A stretch of DNA of 63,371 bases from NCBI GenBank assembly GCA_947631835.1, contig CANRMW010000001.1, positions 1 through 63,371 of the forward strand. The letters are read 5' to 3'. A program made the position numbers and the translations under genes. Each line of letters begins with the position of its first letter. The stretch's first letter is position 1. The notes beneath the pieces were generated by a model, which did not search any database, was not told the DNA's origin, and saw only the letters and a program-made list of their open reading frames with translations. Positions 20,018 through 29,497 of the stretch are shown piece by piece. This DNA is from an uncultured Clostridia bacterium (lineage in GTDB: Bacteria; Bacillota; Clostridia; Oscillospirales; Acutalibacteraceae).

Positions 20018-21559
20018 GTGAAAAAAAGAGGAAGCGGCGTCCTGCTGCATATCTCCTCGCTGCCGGGCAAGTACGGCATCGGGAGCTTTGGGCGGGAGGC
20101 CCGTCAGTTTGTGGATTTTCTGGCTGAGGCCGGGTGCGGGTACTGGCAGGTCCTGCCGTTCACCCCGACCGACAGCTTCAACTCGCCGTATGCGAGCATT
20201 TCCGCGTTTGCCGGGAACCTGAACTTTATCGACCTCGAGCGCCTCGCGGAAGACGGCCTGCTGACGTGCGAGGAGCTCAAGGCGCATGAATGGGCGAATC
20301 CGTACAGCGCGGCGTTCGATTTTCTGAACGGCACGCGGACGGCGCTGCTCAAAACGGCGTTTTCCCGCGCCGGGGCGGCGCTCCTCGAAAAAGTGCGCGC
20401 GTTTGCGAAGGAGAACCGCCGCTGGCTGCCGGATTACGCGCTCTACATCCTCCTCAAGGAGGAGCTGGGGGGCGCGGAGTGGTTCCAGTGGGAGGACGAG
20501 GCGCTCCGCCTCCACGAGCCGGAGGCCGTCGCCCGCGCGATGGAAAGGCACAAAGAAGACGTGCTCTTCGTGGAATTTGTGCAGTACCTCTTCTGCGCGC
20601 AGTGGGCCGAACTGCGGAAATACGCCAACGGGAAGGGCGTGAAGATCATCGGGGACCTGCCGATCTACGTCGCGCTGCAGAGCGCGGACGTCTGGGCGAA
20701 CCGGCATCTCTTCGACCTCTCCGAGGACGGGGAGCCGAAGAACGTCGCGGGCGTCCCGCCGGATTATTTCAGCGCCGACGGCCAGAAGTGGGGCAACCCG
20801 CTCTACAACTGGGCGGAGATGAAAAAGGACGGCTACCGCTGGTGGATGGACCGTCTCGCCTCCATGTTCTCCCTGTTCGACGCGGTGCGGATCGACCATT
20901 TCCGCGCGTTTTCCTCGTATTGGGCCGTTCCCGCCGAGGCGAAGACGGCGAAGGAGGGCGAATGGATCGAAGGGCCGGGCATGGACTTCTTCCAGACCGT
21001 CCGGAAGGAATTTGGGGACGCGCAGATCATCGCGGAGGATCTCGGGATCATCGACGACGGCGTGGTGAAGCTCCTGAAAGACACCGGCCTGCCCGGGATG
21101 CGCGTGATGCAGTTCGGCTTTACCGATCCCACCGACAATGTGAATCTCCCTCACAATTACCCGGTGAACAGCGTCGCGTATACCGGCACGCACGACAACA
21201 ACACGCTCTACGGCTGGCTCTGGGAGGTCCTTCCGCACGAGCGCGACCGTGCGCTGTTCTACGCGGGCTTCCCCGGCGGGGACTGGATGTCCGGCGGCCT
21301 GCAGAACGCCGCGTGCCGCGCGCTGATCCGCGCGCTGTGGGCGAGCGCGGCGAACACGGTGATCGTCCCGGTGCAGGACCTCTGCGCCTTCGGCAAGGAC
21401 ACCCGGATGAACGTCCCCGGCGTGCCGCACGGGAACTGGCGGTTCCGCCTTTCGCCGGACCAGATGGACGCCCTCGACGCGAAGTGGATGCGCGCCATGA
21501 ACGACACGTTCTGCCGCACGGCGGAGCCCCCCGCACGGCCCGCCGAAAAGAAAGGATAA
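20018..21559 (+). CDS. malQ: 4-alpha-glucanotransferase (GH77)
   Basis: SGVLLHISSLP, GVPPDYFS, RIDHFR, AEDLG, YTGTHDNNT; promoter TTGCGG(19915)-N17-TATAAT(19938). Confidence 0.96.
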   Translation: MKKRGSGVLLHISSLPGKYGIGSFGREARQFVDFLAEAGCGYWQVLPFTPTDSFNSPYASISAFAGNLNFIDLERLAEDGLLTCEELKAHEWANPYSAAFDFLNGTRTALLKTAFSRAGAALLEKVRAFAKENRRWLPDYALYILLKEELGGAEWFQWEDEALRLHEPEAVARAMERHKEDVLFVEFVQYLFCAQWAELRKYANGKGVKIIGDLPIYVALQSADVWANRHLFDLSEDGEPKNVAGVPPDYFSADGQKWGNPLYNWAEMKKDGYRWWMDRLASMFSLFDAVRIDHFRAFSSYWAVPAEAKTAKEGEWIEGPGMDFFQTVRKEFGDAQIIAEDLGIIDDGVVKLLKDTGLPGMRVMQFGFTDPTDNVNLPHNYPVNSVAYTGTHDNNTLYGWLWEVLPHERDRALFYAGFPGGDWMSGGLQNAACRALIRALWASAANTVIVPVQDLCAFGKDTRMNVPGVPHGNWRFRLSPDQMDALDAKWMRAMNDTFCRTAEPPARPAEKKG

Positions 21560-21569
21560 AGACAAGACA

Positions 21570-21618
21570 AAAGCCCCTGCCCGCCGGGATCCCGGCGGGC
21601 AGGGGCTTTCTGTTTTTT
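21570..21618. terminator. Bidirectional terminator between malQ and fucO
   Basis: AAAGCCCCTGCCCGCCGGGA/TCCCGGCGGGCAGGGGCTTT perfect inverted repeat. Confidence 0.85.
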
Positions 21619-21636
21619 TCGCGTTTCGGTCCGCGC

Positions 21637-22785
21637 TCAGATCAGCTTCTTAAAGAGCTCTGCGATCTCCTTGACGCTCGTGTCGCGCGGGTTGCCCGGG
21701 CGGCAGGCGTCGGCGTAGGCGCTTTCGGAGAGGAACTGGATGTCCTCCTCCTTGAGGATGCCCTTGAGGTCCTTTGGGATGCCCACGTCATGCGCGAGGT
21801 CGCGCACGGCGTTCACGGCGGCGGCGCGGTATTCCTCCTGCGTCATGGTTTCCGTGCCGGGGACGCCCATCGCCTTTGCGATGTCGCGGTATTTCTCGCC
21901 GGTGCAGGGCGCGTTGTATTCCATGACCGTCGGGAGCAGGATCGCGTTCGCGACGCCGTGCGGGGTGTCGTAGAGCGCGCCGAGGCCGTGCGCCATGGAG
22001 TGCACGATGCCGAGACCCACGTTCGAGAAGCCCATGCCCGCGACGTACTGCGCGAGCGCCATGCCCTCGCGGCCCTCGGGCGTGTTCTCGACCGCGCCGC
22101 GCAGGTGCTTCGAGATCAGCTCGATGGCGCGCAGGTGGAACATATCGGTCATCTCCCACGCGGCCTTTGTGATATAGCCCTCGATCGCGTGCGTCAGCGC
22201 GTCCATGCCCGTCGCGGCGGTGAGGCCCTTCGGCATGGTGGCCATCATATCCGGGTCCACAACGGCAATCTCCGGGATGTCATGCGTATCGACACAGACG
22301 AACTTGCGCTTCTTCTCGACGTCGGTGATGACGTAATTGATCGTGACCTCCGCGGCGGTGCCGGCGGTCGTCGGGACGGCGACCGTGAAGACGGCGTGGT
22401 TCTTTGTTGGCGCGACGCCCTCGAGCGAGCGCACGTCCGCAAATTCCGGGTTGTTTGCGATGATGCCGATCGCCTTCGCGGTGTCCATGGCGGAGCCGCC
22501 GCCGATCGCGACGATGCCGTCCGCGCCGGAAGCGTTGAACGCCGCAACGCCCGCCTGCACGTTCTGGATGGTCGGGTTGGCCTTGATCTCGCTGAAAATG
22601 TCATACGGGATGCCGGCCTTGTCGAGCAGGGAGGTGACCTTCTGCGCGACGCCGAATTTCAAAAGATCCGGGTCCGCGCAGACGAACGCCTTTTTGACGC
22701 CGTGGGCCTGAAGCTCCGCCGGGACGTTCTCGATCGCGCCCTTGCCGTGATACGAGATGGTGTTGAGAACGATTCTGTTTGCCAT
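21637..22785 (-). CDS. fucO: Lactaldehyde reductase (Fe-dependent alcohol dehydrogenase)
   Basis: MANRIVLN, GGGSAMDTAK, DALTHAIEGY, HSMAH, HGVANA. Confidence 0.92.
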   Translation of the reverse strand: MANRIVLNTISYHGKGAIENVPAELQAHGVKKAFVCADPDLLKFGVAQKVTSLLDKAGIPYDIFSEIKANPTIQNVQAGVAAFNASGADGIVAIGGGSAMDTAKAIGIIANNPEFADVRSLEGVAPTKNHAVFTVAVPTTAGTAAEVTINYVITDVEKKRKFVCVDTHDIPEIAVVDPDMMATMPKGLTAATGMDALTHAIEGYITKAAWEMTDMFHLRAIELISKHLRGAVENTPEGREGMALAQYVAGMGFSNVGLGIVHSMAHGLGALYDTPHGVANAILLPTVMEYNAPCTGEKYRDIAKAMGVPGTETMTQEEYRAAAVNAVRDLAHDVGIPKDLKGILKEEDIQFLSESAYADACRPGNPRDTSVKEIAELFKKLI

Positions 22786-22806
22786 TTTTGAAAACCTCCT
22801 TAGGCC

Positions 22807-22838
22807 GCGCTTTTTTGAAAAAGCGCCCGAAAAACTTT
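22807..22838. repeat. Diverged copy of palindromic module A
   Basis: GCGCTTTTTtgAAAAAGCGC-CCGAAAAACTTT; same hairpin-plus-tail layout as the copies at 38388-38481 and 40162. Confidence 0.5.
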
Positions 22839-22934
22839 ATCGTGCCGGCGGGGACGAGCTTTCCCGCCGCGTCAGGGGCGGCGCCCCGCAGAGAGCGCCG
22901 CGCTCCGGCTTACCGAAAATCATCTTCCGCCGCG

Positions 22935-24134
22935 TCAAAGACCGCGCGCTTTCCGGATCTCGAGGATCTTGTCGAGGATGCGGTCTGCGGTCTCGTCCTT
23001 CGTGAGCAGCGGCAGGGGGATCTCCTCAGTCTCCGTGAGGAGCGTCACGAGGTTGGTGTCCGTCCCGAAGCCCGCGCCCTCTTCGCGCAGGCTGTTTGCG
23101 GCGAGCAGGTCGCAGTTTTTCCTGCGAAGCTTTTCCCGCGCGTTTTCGAGCAGGCTCTCGGTCTCCATCGCGAAGCCGCAGATCACCTGGTCCGCGCGCT
23201 TGTGTTCCCCAAGATACGCAAGGATGTCCCGCGTGCGCTCGAGCTCGAGGACCGCGCCGCCCTCGCTCTTTTTGAGCTTTTCCTCAAAGACCGTCTTCGG
23301 GCGGTAATCCGCGACGGCGGCGGCTTTCACGATCACATCCGCGTCCGCGTGGGCCTTCACCGCCTCGAACATCTCGGCGGCGGTCTCGGCGTACACGGCC
23401 TCCGTGAAGCGGGGCGGTTCCACGGACATCCGCCCGCACACCAGCGTCACCTTTGCGCCGCGAAGCATGGCGGCGCGGGCCACGGCGCAGCCCATCTTTC
23501 CGGTGGACCGGTTCGAGAGGAACCGCACGGGGTCCACCGGCTCGGCGGTCGCGCCGGCGGTCGCCAGCACGGAGATGCCTTCGAGATCGTGCGGGGTGAC
23601 GGCCCGGAGCACACGCGCGAAGAGCTCGTCCTCGGGCGGGAGCTTGCCCGCACCCACGTCGCCGCAGGCGAGCCTCCCGGTGGCGGGCTCCGCGATCTCA
23701 TAGCCGAAAAAGCTCAGTTTTTCGAAATTTTCCTGCACGATCGGATTCTGCAGCATATTGGTGTTCATGGCCGGCGCAATGATCTTCTTGCAGGTGCAGG
23801 CCATGACGGTCGTCGTGAGCATATCGTCGGCGAGGCCGTTCGCGATCTTTCCGATGACGTTCGCCGTCGCCGGCGCGACGAGTACGGCGTCCGCGCGCTT
23901 CGCGAGCGCGACGTGCTCTACGCTGTACTGAAAGTTCCGGTCGAAGGTATCCACGAGACATTTATGGCCGGTCAGCGTCTCGAACGTGATCGGATGGACG
24001 AATTTTGTCGCGTTCTCCGTCATCAGCACCGTTACATCCGCGCCCGCCTTGACCAGCATGCTGGCAAGGTTTGCGGCTTTGTACGCAGCGATGCTCCCCG
24101 AAACGCCCAGAAGAATGCACTTTCCCTTCAGCAT
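22935..24134 (-). CDS. coaBC: Phosphopantothenoylcysteine decarboxylase/ligase
   Basis: GVSGSIAAYK, APATAN, APAMN, DPVRFLSNRSTGKMG, AAVADY, GFAMET. Confidence 0.96.
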   Translation of the reverse strand: MLKGKCILLGVSGSIAAYKAANLASMLVKAGADVTVLMTENATKFVHPITFETLTGHKCLVDTFDRNFQYSVEHVALAKRADAVLVAPATANVIGKIANGLADDMLTTTVMACTCKKIIAPAMNTNMLQNPIVQENFEKLSFFGYEIAEPATGRLACGDVGAGKLPPEDELFARVLRAVTPHDLEGISVLATAGATAEPVDPVRFLSNRSTGKMGCAVARAAMLRGAKVTLVCGRMSVEPPRFTEAVYAETAAEMFEAVKAHADADVIVKAAAVADYRPKTVFEEKLKKSEGGAVLELERTRDILAYLGEHKRADQVICGFAMETESLLENAREKLRRKNCDLLAANSLREEGAGFGTDTNLVTLLTETEEIPLPLLTKDETADRILDKILEIRKARGL

Positions 24135-24253
24135 ACCGCGCCTCCCTGCGCAAAACGGGACGCGCCGCGCGGGCCCCGCTTCCGCCGTTTTCTTTATTAT
24201 AACACCATGCGGATAAAAAAACAACGCTTTTTGTGTCGGCATTTCATGGGCCC

Positions 24254-24282
24254 TTGCAAAAAACCGAAAAACGTGGTATGAT
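24254..24282 (+). promoter_or_regulatory. Sigma-A promoter of the CorC/HlyC gene
   Basis: TTGCAA-N17-TATGAT with extended -10 TG. Confidence 0.65.
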
Positions 24283-24459
24283 AAAAGGACAATTTGATTC
24301 CGCCGAACGCGCCGCAGCCCGGCCCGGGAAGGGCCGGGAAAGCCTGACGTCCAGCGCAGGGAAGACGCGGCGAAAACGGCGGGATGCAAAAACATACCGC
24401 ACGCGGAATGTGTCCGCGGCGAATCCATGTGTGAGAAAGAAAGGTCAACACTCTCTTTT

Positions 24460-25707
24460 ATGGGCAGTCACAGTACAGGGATCATCATCGCGCTTGTCAT
24501 CCTTGTCATCCTCTCTGCGTACTTTTCCGCGACGGAGACGGCGTTCTCTTCTCTGAACCGCATCCGCCTGAAAAACCTTGCGGAAGAGGGCAGCCGCAGA
24601 GCAAAGCTCGCGTACCACCTCTCTCAGAACTACGACGAGCTGCTTTCGTCCATCCTCATCGGCAACAATATCGTGAACATCGCGGCGACGTCTCTCGCGA
24701 CGCTGCTCTTCATCCACCTCTTCGGGGACAACGGCCCGACGGTTTCCACCGTCTGCATGACGGTGATCGTGCTGATCTTCGGCGAGGTGACGCCGAAGGG
24801 CATCGCGAAGGAGATGCCGGAGAAATTCGCCATGTTCTCCGCGCCGATCATCCACGCGCTGAATTACGTCTTCAAGCCGCTCAACGTCTGCCTGCTCGCC
24901 ATCCGGCGCTTCGCGGGCCGGTTCTTCAAGAACACGGGAGACAGGACGATCTCCGAGAGCGAGCTTCTGACGTTCGTCGATGAAGCGCAGCTCGAGGGCG
25001 GCATCAACGAGAACGAGAGCGAGCTGATCCACAACGTCATCGAGTTTGACGACCTCGAAGCGATCGACATCTTCACGCCGCGCGTGGATGTGGAGGCCGT
25101 CGCGCTGGACACGCCCGTGGAGGAGATCAAGCGCCGTTTTGCGGAAACGAATTTCTCCCGCCTGCCCGTCTTTGAGGAGAGTATCGACAGCATCGTCGGC
25201 ATCATCAACGAAAAGGATTTCCACAACCGGGTGCTGATGGGCGGCGCGCCGCTCTCCGGCATCGTCAAGCCGGTGGAGGTCATCCCGCCGTCCATGAAGA
25301 TCTCCGCGCTTTTGAAGCTGTTCCAGCAGAAGAAATCGCATCTCGCGGTGATCGTGGACGAGTTCGGCGGCACGGAAGGCATCGTGACGCTGGAGGACAT
25401 CGTGGAGGAGCTGGTGGGCGAGATCTGGGACGAGCACGACGAGGTTGTGGAGGTGTTCCGGCCGCTCGGCGAGAACCAGTACAGCGTGGACTGTTCCGTG
25501 AGTCTGGAAGACTTTTTTGAATTTTTCGGAATCGAAGACGACGACGATTCCTCTACCCTGAACGGCTGGGTCATGGCAAAGCTCGACCGTGTGCCGCAGG
25601 TCGGCGACGCGTTCGACTTTGAAAAGCTCCATGTCGCCGTCGAGACGACCGACGGCCCGCGCGCCGTGCGCGTTCGGGTATCCAAAGAAACCAACGGAGA
25701 TGAATGA
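24460..25707 (+). CDS. HlyC/CorC (CNNM-CBS) family Mg2+/Co2+ transporter
   Basis: SAYFSATETA, LIGNNIVN, GEVTPK, CBS pair (FSRLPV, DEFGGTEGIVTLED), CorC C-terminus. Confidence 0.92.
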   Translation: MGSHSTGIIIALVILVILSAYFSATETAFSSLNRIRLKNLAEEGSRRAKLAYHLSQNYDELLSSILIGNNIVNIAATSLATLLFIHLFGDNGPTVSTVCMTVIVLIFGEVTPKGIAKEMPEKFAMFSAPIIHALNYVFKPLNVCLLAIRRFAGRFFKNTGDRTISESELLTFVDEAQLEGGINENESELIHNVIEFDDLEAIDIFTPRVDVEAVALDTPVEEIKRRFAETNFSRLPVFEESIDSIVGIINEKDFHNRVLMGGAPLSGIVKPVEVIPPSMKISALLKLFQQKKSHLAVIVDEFGGTEGIVTLEDIVEELVGEIWDEHDEVVEVFRPLGENQYSVDCSVSLEDFFEFFGIEDDDDSSTLNGWVMAKLDRVPQVGDAFDFEKLHVAVETTDGPRAVRVRVSKETNGDE

Positions 25708-27001
25708 GATGAAAAATGCGATCACAGACCGGCTCTTTGAGTTTCTGGACGCGAGCCCGTCCCCGTTCCACGCGGCGGCCGCGCTGCGGGAGCGCCTGCT
25801 CGCGGCAGGGTGCGAGGAGCTTTTCGAAAACGAGGTTTGGGCGCTTTCGCCCGGCAAGCGGTATTTTGTGACGCGCAACGGCTCCTCCGTGCTCGCGTTT
25901 GCCGTGCCGGAGGAATTTTGCGGCGTGCAGCTCATTGCGGCGCACAGCGACAGCCCGACCTTCCGCGTGAAGCACGGGGCGGAGATCCGCAAAGAGAACC
26001 GCTACACGAAGCTGAATGTCGAGCGCTACGGCGGGATGCTCCCGGAGAGCTGGATGGACCGCCCGCTCTCCCTTGCGGGGCGCGTCGTGCTCCGCACGGC
26101 GGACGGCGTCGAGGCGAAGCTGTTCCACGCGGACAGGGACCTGCTCATCATCCCGCGCCTCGCGCCGCATCTCACGCGCGGGACCGAGCCGCAAAAGCCG
26201 AACCCGCAGGTCGATCTCCTGCCGCTTTTCGGCGACGAGACCGCCGATCTTTACGGCTACCTTGCGGAGGCGCTCGGTGCCGCGAAGGAGGACGTCCTCT
26301 CCGCGGACCTCACGCTCTGCGTCCGGCAGAAGGCCGCGTACCTCGGCCCGAAGGATGAGTTTATCTGCGCGCCGCGCTTCGATGACCTCCAGTGCGCGTT
26401 CTCGGCGGTGGAGGCGCTGCTCGCGGCGCAAAACCCGAAGAAGCTGCTCGTCGCCGCCGTCTTCGACAACGAAGAGGTCGGCTCCACGACGAAGCAGGGC
26501 GCGAACGGCACGTTCCTCGAGGACACGCTCGACCGCGTGCGGGAAGCGCTCGGCGTTTCGCGGGAGGCGTTCCTGCGCGGCCTTGCGGACAGCTTCATGC
26601 TCTCCGCCGACAACGCGCACGCCGTCCACCCGAACTACGCCGAAAAATACGACGAGACGAACCGCACCTACCTGAACGGCGGCGTGGTCATCAAATACAG
26701 CGCGAACCAGAGCTACACCACCGACGCGGTGACGGCGGCGGTCTTCTCGGAGATCTGCCGCAGGGCCGGTGTGCCGGTGCAGGTCTTCCACAACCGCTCG
26801 GACATCCCCGGCGGCGGGACGCTCGGGAACATCTCGAACACGCATCTTTCGATGCCGTCCGTCGATATCGGCGTGCCGCAGCTCGCGATGCACGCGAGCG
26901 TGGAGACGGCGGGCGCGGCGGACACCGCGCACACGGTAGACGCGATGACGACGTTCTTCAACGCCGACATCCGGAAGACGGAGAGCGGCTTCCGGTTCTG
27001 A
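25700..27001 (+). CDS. M18 family aminopeptidase
   Basis: SPSPFHA, AHSDSP, FDNEEVGS, SADNAHAVHPN, AMHA. Confidence 0.93.
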   Translation: MNEMKNAITDRLFEFLDASPSPFHAAAALRERLLAAGCEELFENEVWALSPGKRYFVTRNGSSVLAFAVPEEFCGVQLIAAHSDSPTFRVKHGAEIRKENRYTKLNVERYGGMLPESWMDRPLSLAGRVVLRTADGVEAKLFHADRDLLIIPRLAPHLTRGTEPQKPNPQVDLLPLFGDETADLYGYLAEALGAAKEDVLSADLTLCVRQKAAYLGPKDEFICAPRFDDLQCAFSAVEALLAAQNPKKLLVAAVFDNEEVGSTTKQGANGTFLEDTLDRVREALGVSREAFLRGLADSFMLSADNAHAVHPNYAEKYDETNRTYLNGGVVIKYSANQSYTTDAVTAAVFSEICRRAGVPVQVFHNRSDIPGGGTLGNISNTHLSMPSVDIGVPQLAMHASVETAGAADTAHTVDAMTTFFNADIRKTESGFRF

Positions 27002-27028
27002 TCTTGCAGACGGAAAGGGACGAAAAAC

Positions 27029-28828
27029 ATGAAAGAACTTTTGATGGGCAACGAGGCCATCGCCCTCGGCGCGCTGTGCGCCGGGGTGGGCGTCGTCACC
27101 GGGTATCCCGGCACGCCCTCCACGGAGGCCCTCGAGACCTGCGCGAAGCGCCGCACGGAAGACGTCCACGTCGAGTGGTCGGTCAACGAGAAATCGGCGC
27201 TCGAGGTCGCGGCCGGCGCGGCCTATACCGGCAAGCGGACGCTCGTCACGATGAAGCAGGTGGGGCTGAACGTCGCCTCCGACCCGCTGATGAGCCTCGC
27301 GTATATCGGCGTGAAGGGCGGCATGGTGGTGCTCGTCGCGGACGACCCCGGCCCGATCTCCTCCCAGACGGAGCAGGACACCCGCACCTTCGCGATGTAT
27401 TCGAAGCTGCCGGTCTTTGACCCCTCCACGCCCGAAGAGGCGTTCGAGATGATCGGCGAAGCGTATGAGTTTTCCGAAAAATACGGCACGCCGGTGCTGT
27501 TCCGCCCGACGACGCGCGTCTGCCACGCGACCGCGCTGATCGATGTGCCCGAAGCGCGCCGCCCCGTGCAGCCCGGCACGTTTGAAAAGAGCCCGCGCTG
27601 GGGCATCTTCCCGCGCCTCGCGCTCGAGAACCACAGGAAGATCGAAGCCCGCAACCGCGAGCTCGAGACCGTCTTTTCCACCTATGCGGGAAATCGCGTG
27701 ACGGCGCTTTCCGGCGGGGAAAACGCGAAACAGGCGCTTGTCACGTCCGGCGTGGGGGACCGCTACGCCGCCGAAGCGCTCAAGATGCTCGGCAGCCCAG
27801 CGGTGAAGATCCTGCGCGTCGCGACGCCGTTCCCGTTCCCGAACCGCCTCGCCGAATCGTTCCTTGCGGGCGTGGAGGAGGTGCTCTGCGTCGAGGAGCT
27901 CGATCCCGTCCTCGAGCGCGCGCTGTTGCAGCTCGCCGGGGAAAAGCACCTTTCCGTCACGGTGCGCGGCAAGCGCACCGGCGACCTGCCCGCCGCCGGC
28001 GAATACACCACCGAATGCGTCCGGGCCGCCGTCGCGAAGTTCCTCGGCGTGCCCGACCTTCCCGCGCCGGAAGCGGAGAAGACCCCCGCGCTTCCCGTGC
28101 GCCCGCCGGTGCTCTGCGCCGGGTGCCCGCACCGCGCGTCGTTCTACGCCGTGCGCGAGGCCGCGAAGGGCAAAAAGGCGCTCTTTGCCGGGGACATCGG
28201 CTGCTATACGCTCGGCAACGCCATGGGGATGTCTGACACCTGCCTCTGCATGGGCGCGGGCATCACGGTGGCGCAGGGCGTGCGCCGCGGTGAACCGGAT
28301 ATGCACACCTTCTCCTTTGTCGGAGATTCCACCTTCTTCCACACGGGCATCCCCGGCGTCATCAACGCGGTCTACAACGGCGCGAAGGAGACCGTCGTCG
28401 TGCTCGACAACGACACCACCGCCATGACCGGCCACCAGCCGCACCCCGGCACGGGCGTCTCGGCGATCGGCGGCGCGGCGGAAAAGATCTCGATCCCAAA
28501 GATCCTCGAGGCCGTGGGCGTCTCGCCGGTGATCACCGTTGATCCGTTCGACGTGCAGGCCGCGATCCAAGCCGCGAGGGACGCGATGGAAGCGCCCGGC
28601 GTCTCGGCGGTCATCTATAAATCCCCGTGCGCGGCGCGCATCCGCCCGCAAAAGCCCGTTGCGGTCTGGGAGAACTGCGTGAACTGCGGGAAGTGCATCC
28701 GCGAGCTCGGCTGCCCGGCGCTTCGGCGCGGGGAGAACGCCGTCGCGGTCGATACGACGCTCTGCACCGGCTGCGGCCTCTGCACGGATATCTGCCCGGT
28801 CGGGGCGCTGCAAAAGGAGGACGCGTAA
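27029..28828 (+). CDS. iorA: Indolepyruvate:ferredoxin oxidoreductase alpha subunit
   Basis: MGNEAIA, GYPGTPS, CAGCPHR, GDSTFFH, C-terminal 2x[4Fe-4S]. Confidence 0.95.
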   Translation: MKELLMGNEAIALGALCAGVGVVTGYPGTPSTEALETCAKRRTEDVHVEWSVNEKSALEVAAGAAYTGKRTLVTMKQVGLNVASDPLMSLAYIGVKGGMVVLVADDPGPISSQTEQDTRTFAMYSKLPVFDPSTPEEAFEMIGEAYEFSEKYGTPVLFRPTTRVCHATALIDVPEARRPVQPGTFEKSPRWGIFPRLALENHRKIEARNRELETVFSTYAGNRVTALSGGENAKQALVTSGVGDRYAAEALKMLGSPAVKILRVATPFPFPNRLAESFLAGVEEVLCVEELDPVLERALLQLAGEKHLSVTVRGKRTGDLPAAGEYTTECVRAAVAKFLGVPDLPAPEAEKTPALPVRPPVLCAGCPHRASFYAVREAAKGKKALFAGDIGCYTLGNAMGMSDTCLCMGAGITVAQGVRRGEPDMHTFSFVGDSTFFHTGIPGVINAVYNGAKETVVVLDNDTTAMTGHQPHPGTGVSAIGGAAEKISIPKILEAVGVSPVITVDPFDVQAAIQAARDAMEAPGVSAVIYKSPCAARIRPQKPVAVWENCVNCGKCIRELGCPALRRGENAVAVDTTLCTGCGLCTDICPVGALQKEDA

Positions 28829-29379
28829 TGGATATTCTGCTCTGCGGCGTCGGCGGTCAGGGGACCGTCCTCGCCTCGAAGCTGCTCGCCCAGTGCGCTG
28901 CGGCGAAGGGCCTGCCGGTCCACACGGCGGAGACGATCGGCATGGCGCAGCGCGGCGGCTGCGTCGCGAGCCATGTGCGCATCGGCGCGGATACGGCGGC
29001 GCCGCTGCTGCCGTTCGGCACGGCGGACCTGCTTATCGCCTTTGAGCCGGCGGAGGCCGTCCGCGCCCTGCCTTACCTGAAACAGGGCGGCGCGGCGGTC
29101 GTGAACACGCGCCCGCTGCAGGCCGTCACCGGGAACTACGAGCCCGCCGAAATGCTGGATTACCTCACCGCGCACGTCGCGAACCTCACGCTCTGCGACG
29201 CCACCGGCGCGGCGGAGCGCTGCGGCAATTCCAAGGCGCTCAATTCCGCGCTGCTCGGGGAAGCCGCGCGCGCGGGCGTCCTCGGCTTTGACGTCGGGGA
29301 GCTCTGCGCCGCCGTGGAAGCCCTCCTGCCCGAACGCCACCGCGCGGTGAACCTCGCCGCCATCCGCGGCAATTTCTGA
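28828..29379 (+). CDS. iorB: Indolepyruvate oxidoreductase beta subunit
   Basis: GVGGQGTVLAS, GMAQRGG; TAATG overlap with iorA. Confidence 0.93.
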   Translation: MDILLCGVGGQGTVLASKLLAQCAAAKGLPVHTAETIGMAQRGGCVASHVRIGADTAAPLLPFGTADLLIAFEPAEAVRALPYLKQGGAAVVNTRPLQAVTGNYEPAEMLDYLTAHVANLTLCDATGAAERCGNSKALNSALLGEAARAGVLGFDVGELCAAVEALLPERHRAVNLAAIRGNF

Positions 29380-29497
29380 AACGAAACCTTCCTGCGCAGA
29401 CCGCGCCGCCCTTTGCCTTTCGGAAAAGGGCGCGGGCAGCCTGCGCTTTTCGCGCCCCGCGCGCCATTTTCCTCTTTTCGAAAGGAGCCTTCTCCCT

